14,859 bases of DNA from assembly GCF_006345805.1 (NCBI RefSeq), contig NW_021825800.1, positions 1 through 14,859 of the forward strand. The letters are read 5' to 3'. The DNA is from Octopus sinensis. Its lineage: Eukaryota. Positions 8,261 through 14,859 of this stretch are shown here, piece by piece. Below the pieces are notes generated by a model that worked only from the letters and a program-made list of their open reading frames with translations, was not told where the DNA came from and did not search any database. Within the stretch, counting starts at the first letter, position 1. Each line of letters opens with the position of its first letter. The position numbers and the translations under genes are program-made.

Positions 8261-9740
8261 GGTGATTTTATGTGCCACCGACACAGGTGCCAGACGAGGC
8301 TGGCGAACGGCCACGCTCGGATGGTGTTTTTATGTGCCACCGCCACACACAGGTGCCAGACGAGGCTGGCAGACGGCCACGCTCAGATGGTTTTTTATGT
8401 GCCACCGACACAGGTGCCAGATGAGGCTGGCGGACGGCCACGATCGGATGGTGTTTGTTACGTCCCCAAAGCACGGAGGCCAGTCTATGCGGTACTGGCT
8501 ACGGCCACGTTCGGATGATTTTCTTGTGTGCCACGGCACTGGTACCACACAAAGATACAAATTCCATTTATGTTCATCTATTTTGATTTGTTTTGATTTG
8601 ATTTGATTTGATTTGATTTGATTTTCACTTGCCTCAACAGGTCTTCACAAGTGTCACAAGAAGGAAGGTATGCATAGGTGGACTGTCTACGTCGCCGGTC
8701 TTCGGATGGTGTCTTTATGTGCCACCGACACAGGTGCCAGATGTGGCTGGCGAACGGCCATGATCGGATGGTTTTCTTGTGTGCCACCGGTACTGGAACC
8801 ACAAAGATACAAATTCCATTGATGTTCATCTATTTTGATTTGGTTTGATTTCACTTGCCTCAACAGGTCTTCACAAGTGTCACGCGTGTCACACACTTGC
8901 CTCAACAGGTCTCCACAAGTGTCACACACTTGCCTCTGCCTCAACAGGTCTTCACAAAGTGTCACACACTTGCCTCTGCCTCAACAGGTCTTCACAAGTG
9001 TCATAAGAGGGAAGGTAAGCACAGGTGGACTGACTACGTCGCCGGGTCTTTGATGGTGGTGGTGTTTTTATGTGCCACCGACACAGGTGCCAGGTGAGGC
9101 TGGCGAACGGCCACGATCAGATGGTGTTTGTTGTGCCCACAGCACGGAGGCCAGTCGACGGCCCCACGTTCGGATGGTTTTCTTGTGTGCCACCGGTACT
9201 GGAACCACAAAGATACAAATTCCATTGATATTCATCTATTTTGATTTGGTTTGATTTTCACTTGCCTCAACAGGTCTTCACAAGGACACACTTGCCTCAA
9301 CAGGTCTCCACAAGTGTCACACACTTGCCTCTGCCTCAACAGGTCTTCACAAGTGTCACACACTTGCCTCAACAGGTCTTCACAAGTGTCATAAGAGGGA
9401 AGGTATGCACAGGTGGACTGACTACGTCGCCGGGTCTTCGGATGGTGTCTTTATGTGCCACCGGCACAGGTGCCAGATGAGGCTGGCGAACGGCCACGAT
9501 CGGATGGTGTGTGTTGTGCCCACAGCACGGAGGCCAGTCGATGCGGTACTGGTTACGCCACGTTTGGGTGGTGTGTGTTTCTTGTGTGCCACCGGCACTG
9601 GTACCACGAAGAATACAATTCCACTGATGTTCATCTATTTTGATTTGTTTTGATTTGATTTGATTTTCACTTGCCTCAACAGTCTTCATAAGTGTCACAA
9701 GAAGGAAGGTATGCACAGGACTGACTACGTCCCCGGTCGG
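8261..9740 (-). repeat. Hierarchical tandem-repeat array in the RTE 3' UTR
   Basis: A ~62-bp unit with core TGTGCCAC starts at 8271, 8333, 8398, 8527, 8718, 8780, 9071, 9186, 9454 and 9585. A ~30-42-bp unit starting CACTTGCCTC occurs at 8626, 8852, 8894, 8927, 8967, 9259, 9289, 9322, 9361 and 9668. Four (ATTTG)n tracts delimit super-units of 226, 407 and 409 bp. Confidence 0.93.
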
Positions 9741-9760
9741 GGCCACGGGTTATGGCCTGA

Positions 9761-11969
9761 CTAGTCTTGCCGGGTCTTCTCATGCCAGCATACTTCCATA
9801 GGTCTCGGTCTCTAGACATTTCCTTAGTGAGACCTAAAGTTCGAAGGTCGTGCTTCACCACCTCGTCCCAGGTTTTCCTGGGTCTACCTCTTCCACAGGT
9901 TCCCTCCACTGCTAGGGTGTAGCACTTTTGCACACAACTATCTTCAGCCTTTCTTGTCACATGACCATACCAGCGCAGCCGTCTCTCTTGCACGCCACAA
10001 CTGACGCTTCTTAGGTTCAACTTTTCTCTCAAGGAACTTACACTCTGACGATTATGAACCCTGACATTACACATCCATCGGAGCATACTGGCTTCATTTC
10101 TTGCGAGCTTACGCATATCCTCAGCAGTCACGGCCCATGTTTCACTACCATGTAGCATGGCTGTACGTACACATGCATCATACAGTCTGCCTTTTACTCT
10201 GAGCGAGAGGCCTTTTGTCACCAGCAGGGGTAAGAGCTCTCTAAACTTTGCCCAGGCTATTCTTACTCTAGCAGTTACATTTCAGCACACACCACCCACC
10301 CCCGCTACTGACTTGGTCTCCTAGGTAGCGGAAGCTATCAACTACTTCTAGTTTGTCTCCCTGGAACGTGGCAGAAGTTGGTCTCTGCATATTTCCAGTG
10401 TTTATTGCTCCTGAGCATTTGCCACAGACAAAAACTATTTTCCTAGTTAGCCTTCCTTTGACATTGCTGCACCTCTTATGTGTCCATAGCTTACACTTGG
10501 TGCATCTTATAGAGTTTCTACCTACACCTTTTTTACAGATCGAGCAGGGCCATCTACCTGAAGGCGTTTGTGATTGATCTACCTTCCTACTTATAGAACT
10601 TTGGTTTTGGCTAGGTTGATTCTAAGGCCCTTCGATTCTAATCCTTGTTTCCACACCTGAAACTTCTCCTCCAGTTCTGATAGTGACTCAGCAATTAGAG
10701 CAAGGTCATCAGCATAGAGGAGCTCCCAGGGGCAACCTGTCTTGAATTCCTCCGTTATTGCCTGGAGGACTATGATAAATAGGAGGGGACTGAGGACTGA
10801 ACCTTGGTGGCCCCAACCTCTACCCGGAATTCTTCACTGTACTCGTTGCCAACCCTCACCTTACTAGCAGCGTCTCTGTACATGGCTTGAACAGCTCTCA
10901 CCAACCATCTTCTATCCCTAGTTTCCTCATTGACCACCAGATAAGGGACCGGGGGACCTGTCAAAGGCTTTCTCCAAGTCACAAAAGCCAGGTACAAGGG
11001 CTTATCTTTGGCTAGGTATTTCTCCTGCAGCTGTCTTACCAGGAATATAGCATCAGTAGTACTTTTCCCTGGCACGAACCCAACTGCATATCATCTAAGG
11101 TAACTCTCTCTCTAATTAGTTGGCTACAACCCTCTCCGTAACCTTCATTACCTGATCCAGCAGCTTGATGCCCCTGTAGTTATTTGTCTCTAGGGCGTCG
11201 CCTTTACCTTTGTAGCAGTTGACTATTATGCTGCTACACCAGTCATTGGGTATGACCCCCTCGTGTATCACCTGGTTAACTATACGGGTGACTAAGCTAT
11301 AGCCGACACCACCAGATATTTTGAGCATCTCTGCAGTAATTCCTGATGGGCCTGGGGCTTTCCCTGTTTTCATGCTTCTAATTGCCTTATCTACTAAGGA
11401 ACTGTTAACTCGGATTGCTGGTCCCTCTGTTGGGTCGACATTCGGCAGACTCTCTTTATCCCATTCATTTTCCTCATTCAGCAACCTTTCATAGTGCGTC
11501 TCCAAGCTTCTCTCTTTGCATCCTCATTTAACGCAAGTGAACCATCCTCCATGCGAACACATTTCTCTCCTACCACGTCACGATTCTCTCTCACACACTG
11601 TCTTGCAACACGAAATACCTCAAGTCTTTCATCCTCACGACGCAGGACATGGCAAATTTTTCCTTATCTGCCTCCCCTCTGGCTAGATAGACCTGCTCCT
11701 GGCTTCCCTTCTGGCAGACTGATACACTTCCCTGCTACCACCGTTCTTCCAGGCCTTCCAAGCCTGTTTCTTTTGTCTAATAGCCCTGTCAACAATATTG
11801 TTCCACCACCACGTATTTTGGGTCTTAAGGGGACTTTGCACCAGCCACAGATCTGGTCAGCGGCTTTCAGCAGGTTGTCCCTCAGAAGCGTCCAGTTGTC
11901 TTCTACCCCATGCGTAGCTATACTCCCTTCCATTTCGTCTAAGGCTTCAAATAACATATCTCTAAATCT
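9761..11969 (-). pseudogene. Frameshifted RT ORF of the RTE element (linker, RT, C-terminus; APE endonuclease missing)
   Basis: ORF pieces 11116-11505, 10770-11075 and 9676-10221 join after correcting about a dozen 1-bp deletions. YADD is at 10705-10716. The probable native stop is TAG at 9763-9761 (..DRDLWKYA[V]HEKTRQD*). Confidence 0.92.
10415..10546 (-). other. PHD-type (C4HC3) zinc finger coding segment inside the RT
   Basis: Hand translation: CSIC-KKGVGRNSIR-CTKC-KLWT-H-KR-C-SNVKGRLTRKIVFV-CGKC, i.e. C-x2-C-x10-C-x2-C-x4-H-x2-C-x14-C-x2-C, in frame with the downstream LEVVDSFRYLG. Confidence 0.85.
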
Positions 11970-11971
11970 AA

Positions 11972-12038
11972 ATATATATATATATATATATATAATATAT
12001 ATATATATATGTATAGATATATATATATATATATATAT
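11972..12038. repeat. (TA)n microsatellite at the RTE 5' junction
   Basis: Direct reading. Confidence 0.95.
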
Positions 12039-12332
12039 CCATCCAGGAACTTTAATATGGGAAATCAAGTTTTTCTAAGCAGAGTTTATGGCTGCACAAT
12101 CATCAGAGATAGTTCAACCAAAAAGGAATCTTGACAATACTTTTTGGTCAACAGTGTCTGGCAGTTGTTTAAACATACTGTCAGCTTAAAAAACATAATT
12201 TCAACATGAAACTGCCCAGTGACTTTGCTTGACCAAACACGTTTCATAATTTACAGTATTATGCAAAAATTATACCCACTTCATTACTTCATATAAAGTG
12301 TGCTTTTTTTCTACTTATGAACTCTCCTCAGA

Positions 12333-12451
12333 CATCATCATTATTTCTACCACCAACACCACCATCATAATCATAATCATCATCATCTTCAACATCACCA
12401 TCATCATCATCATAATTATTATCATCTTCACCATCACTATCGTCACCATCA
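12333..12451. repeat. Degenerate (CAT)/(CAC) trinucleotide repeat
   Basis: Direct reading. Confidence 0.9.
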
Positions 12452-12559
12452 TTTTATATGTTCCACTTTTCCTTGCTTGCGTGCAGCAGATTTTTTTATG
12501 TTTGCATACCCTTCCTGTCACACAACCATACTTATTTCTAAGTAAAATATTTCCCCATA

Positions 12560-12977
12560 GGCGTAGGAGTGGCTGTGTGGTAAGTAGCTTGCTTACCAAC
12601 CACATGGTTCCGGGTTCAGTCCCACTGCGTGGCACCTTGGGCAAGTGTCTCCTACTATAGCCTCGGGCTGACCAAAGCCTTGTGAGTGGATTTGGTTGAG
12701 GGAAACTGAAAGAAGCCCGTCATATATATATATATATATATATGTATGTCTGTGTGTGTATATGTTTGTGTGTATGTGTTTGTCCCCACCCCCGAGCATC
12801 ACTTGACAACCGATGCTGGTGTGTTTACATCCCCCGTAACCTAGCGGTTTGGCAAAAGAGACCAATAGAATAAGTACTAGGCTTACAAAGAATAAGTTCT
12901 GGGGTCGATTTGCTCAACTAAAGGCAGTGCTCCAGCATGGCCACAGTCAAATGTCTGAAACAAGTAAAAGAAAAAAA
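12560..12977 (+). mobile_element. SINE family A, full-length (tRNA-derived head, CORE-like segment, internal microsatellite)
   Basis: A box TGGCTGTGTGG, B box GGTTCAGTCCC, then CCTTGGGCAAGT (CORE-SINE-like), central (TA)/(TG) tract and tail TGAAACAAGTAAAAG. Seven related copies lie in the window. Resembles octopus OR-type SINEs (from recall). Confidence 0.93.
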
Positions 12978-12978
12978 T

Positions 12979-13415
12979 AGGCAAAGAGGCTGAGCTTCTT
13001 TCAAGTGTTGGGCCTCGCAGAGGCAAAGTGGCTGAGTTCCTTAATGAGTTTTTGGCCTCACGGAGACATTGACTGAGACCTTAGGCATTATGTCGTGCTT
13101 CAGAAGATGACCCATCAAGCGAAGCAAAATCACAGTCATGGCAGGGACCGGTGTTACACAATTGGTACCCATGCTGGTGGCATGTAAAAGTACCCCCAGT
13201 ATCATACAAATGGCACCCATGCTGGTGACATGTAAAAGCATCCATCACACTTTTGGAGTGGTTGGCATTAGGAAGGGCATCCAGCTGTAGAAAACTATGC
13301 AAATCAGACTGGAGCCTGGCACAGCCTTCCAGTGTGCCAGCTTGGTCAAACCATCCAACCCATGCCAGCATGGACAACGGACGTTTAATGATGATGATGA
13401 TGATGATGATGATGA
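12979..13415 (+). mobile_element. Diverged RTE-related 3' fragment (ORF C-terminus remnant, short 3' UTR, (GAT)n tail)
   Basis: GGAGTGGTTGGCATTAGGAAGGGCATCCAGCTGTAGAAA...CCAACCCATGCCAGCATGGACAACGGACGTTTAATGATG aligns to the reverse complement of 8110-8250. 13054-13120 resembles the LGLT..DRDLW.YAV.EKT coding end. A ~42-bp tandem duplication lies at 12981-13065. Confidence 0.88.
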
Positions 13416-13454
13416 GATGGGTTTACACAAAATATTGCAAGTGACTGTAATATT

Positions 13455-13663
13455 GATTATAAATTTTGGCACAAAGCCAGCAAGTTTTAGGGAGAGGATA
13501 AGTCAATTACATCGACCCCAGTGTTCAACTGGTATTTATGTTATTCTGAAAGAATGCAAAGCAAAGTCAACCTTGATGGAATTTGAACTCAGAATGTAAA
13601 GACAGATGAAATACCGCTAAGCTTCTTGCCTGGTGTGCTAACAACTCTGCCCACTCGATGCCT
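13455..13663 (-). mobile_element. SINE family B copy 4, diverged
   Basis: GGAATTTGAACTCAGAATGTAAAGACAGATGAAATACCGCTAAGC and ATTACATCGACCCCAGTG match 6418-6540. Confidence 0.9.
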
Positions 13664-13682
13664 TACGAGTGAATATAATATT

Positions 13683-13895
13683 CTTTTCTACTCTAGGCAC
13701 AAGGCCCGAAATTTTGGGGGAGGGGGCCAATCGATTAGATTGACTCCAGTGTGCAACTGGTACTTAATTTATCAACCCTGAAAGGATGAAAGGCAAAGTT
13801 GACTTCAGTGGAATTTGAACTCAGAACGTAAAGTCAGACAAAATAACGCTAACTATATTGCCTGACATGCTAATGTTTCTGCCAGCTTGCTGCCT
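13683..13895 (-). mobile_element. SINE family B copy 5, full-length
   Basis: Reverse complement matches copy 2 from head to tail; flanked by TGAATATAATATT at 13670-13682 and 13902-13914. Confidence 0.93.
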
Positions 13896-13953
13896 TGCAA
13901 ATGAATATAATATTAATGCTTGTTTAAATCTATCACACAACATCAAAACAAGG

Positions 13954-14047
13954 CAACACAAACACACATGTATACACACACACACACACACACCACCACA
14001 CATACACACACACACACATATATATATATATACACACATATATATAT
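13954..14047. repeat. (CA)n/(TA)n microsatellite
   Basis: Direct reading. Confidence 0.93.
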
Positions 14048-14048
14048 G

Positions 14049-14443
14049 CTTTTTTACTTGTGTCAATCATTTGATTGCGGCCATGCTGGAGCACTGCCTT
14101 AAAGAGTTTGTTTTAGTTGAAGAAATCAACCCCAGGACTTATTCTTTGTAAGCCTAGTACTTATTCTATCCATCTCTTTTGCTGAACTGCTAAGTTACAG
14201 GGACATAACCACATCAGCATCAGTTGTCAAGCAATGATGAGGGGTCAAACACAGACACACACAATATATATATATATGTATATATACAACGGGCTTCTTT
14301 TAGTTTCTGTGTACCAGATCCACTCACAAGGCTTTGGTTGGCCTGAGGCTATAGAAGAAGACTCTTGCCCAAGGTGCCATGCAGTGGGACTGAACCTGGA
14401 ACCATATGGTTGGGAAGCAAGTTTTTTTACCATGCAGCCTCAT
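14049..14443 (-). mobile_element. SINE family A, near full-length
   Basis: Co-linear with 4290-4695 (e.g. CCAGGACTTATTCTTTGTA, CCACTCACAAGGCTTTGGTTGGCC, GCAGTGGGACTGAACCTGGAACCAT). Confidence 0.92.
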
Positions 14444-14509
14444 GTAAATCTATATGGTGGGAATTTAACCATATCAGATTTAACTATGGCTCCATAGACT
14501 GGGAAAAAA

Positions 14510-14660
14510 ATGACAAACCACTTCAGTGAACTTTTGAACTCTCTTGTATATGCTTCAGAGATCTCTACACCTCTTCCTATTTGCTTATTCCCAGGGGAAT
14601 AAGAGAATAGCTATGGGAAACTGAAGTGCCTAATTTGCATAATAGTACTTAAAATTTCAT
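14510..14660 (+). pseudogene. Possible highly decayed LINE (RTE-like) linker fragment
   Basis: Translates as MTNHFSELLNS...GE*ENSYGKLK...VLKIS, loosely like HYERLLNE...AIRSMK...MLKIS of the large RTE; contains a stop. Confidence 0.35.
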
Positions 14661-14859
14661 TTATTGTCAGTGGCCTGTCAACAACAACCGCAGTCTACAT
14701 AATATCATGGCATAATACAGAATAAGTAAACCTATAAAGCAAATATATAAACAAAGCAAATTTAACTATTGCTTTGTAGATTGAAAAGAAAAGATGATTT
14801 TAATCATTATTCAATCAATTTTCAAAACTTAATGTGTTCTCGTTAGGGGTGCCCATATC

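Larger units (their letters stand above)
8085..11969 (-). mobile_element. RTE-clade non-LTR retrotransposon (LINE), 5'-truncated, with expanded 3' UTR and (ATG)n tail
   Basis: Minus-strand translation gives LINE RT motifs in order: KAPGPSGITAEMLK, YKGKGD..NYRGIKLL, PGKSTTDAIFLVRQLQEK, QGSVLSP, LYADD, FRYLG, MLHGSETW, RRLRWYGHV, RGRGRPRKTW (RTE-type C-terminus). The 3' end reads ...GGAAAACGGACGCTAA(ATG)n at 8085-8131. Similarity ends at ~11969 in a (TA)n tract. No endonuclease domain remains. Confidence 0.95.

Noticed and set aside
8285-8320. HDV-like ribozyme resemblance (GGCCG..CCAGCCTCGTCTGGC on the minus strand)
   Set aside because: I could not build P1/P2 or the catalytic C-containing junction; it reads as a simple GCCAG/CTGGC hairpin.
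9474-9500. Hammerhead ribozyme-like CAGATGA-GGCTG-GCGAA-CGGCC
   Set aside because: The core needs CUGANGA and GAAA; here it is CAGATGA and ACGA, stems I/III are not evident, and it lies on the antisense strand.
8626-9700. CRISPR-like array of ~30-bp repeats
   Set aside because: The intervening sequences are themselves repeated rather than unique spacers, there are no cas genes, and the context is a eukaryotic LINE 3' UTR.
8035-9746. Many overlapping short ORFs in the repeat array
   Set aside because: By-products of GC-richer tandem repeats downstream of the RT stop; frames are inconsistent between units.
8061-12038. Target-site duplication of the large RTE
   Set aside because: Both flanks are (TA)n, so a duplication cannot be told apart from the microsatellite.
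11494-12078. 194-aa plus-strand ORF
   Set aside because: Antisense shadow of the RTE coding region, running into (TA)n.
12560-12636. tRNA gene
   Set aside because: A and B boxes are present, but there is no clean cloverleaf and it continues into a multicopy SINE body.

Overview
AT-rich, repeat-saturated animal non-coding DNA. The repeat families look like octopus/coleoid cephalopod ones (from recall, not verified by search). No host gene is confidently identifiable. The main element is a 5'-truncated RTE-clade LINE on the minus strand (about 8085-11969). It has a frameshifted reverse transcriptase containing a complete C4HC3 PHD-type zinc finger between RT subdomains 6 and 7, and a ~1.65 kb 3' UTR made of hierarchical repeats carrying about 10 copies of a compact H-type pseudoknot motif. 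There are also two further RTE 3' fragments, eight copies or fragments of a tRNA-derived SINE with an internal microsatellite (family A), and five copies of a second SINE (family B). Family B twice forms head-to-tail dimers bounded by a triplicated target site and once nests inverted inside itself. A 12-bp minisatellite and many microsatellites fill the rest. Almost all listed ORFs are artefacts of repeats.
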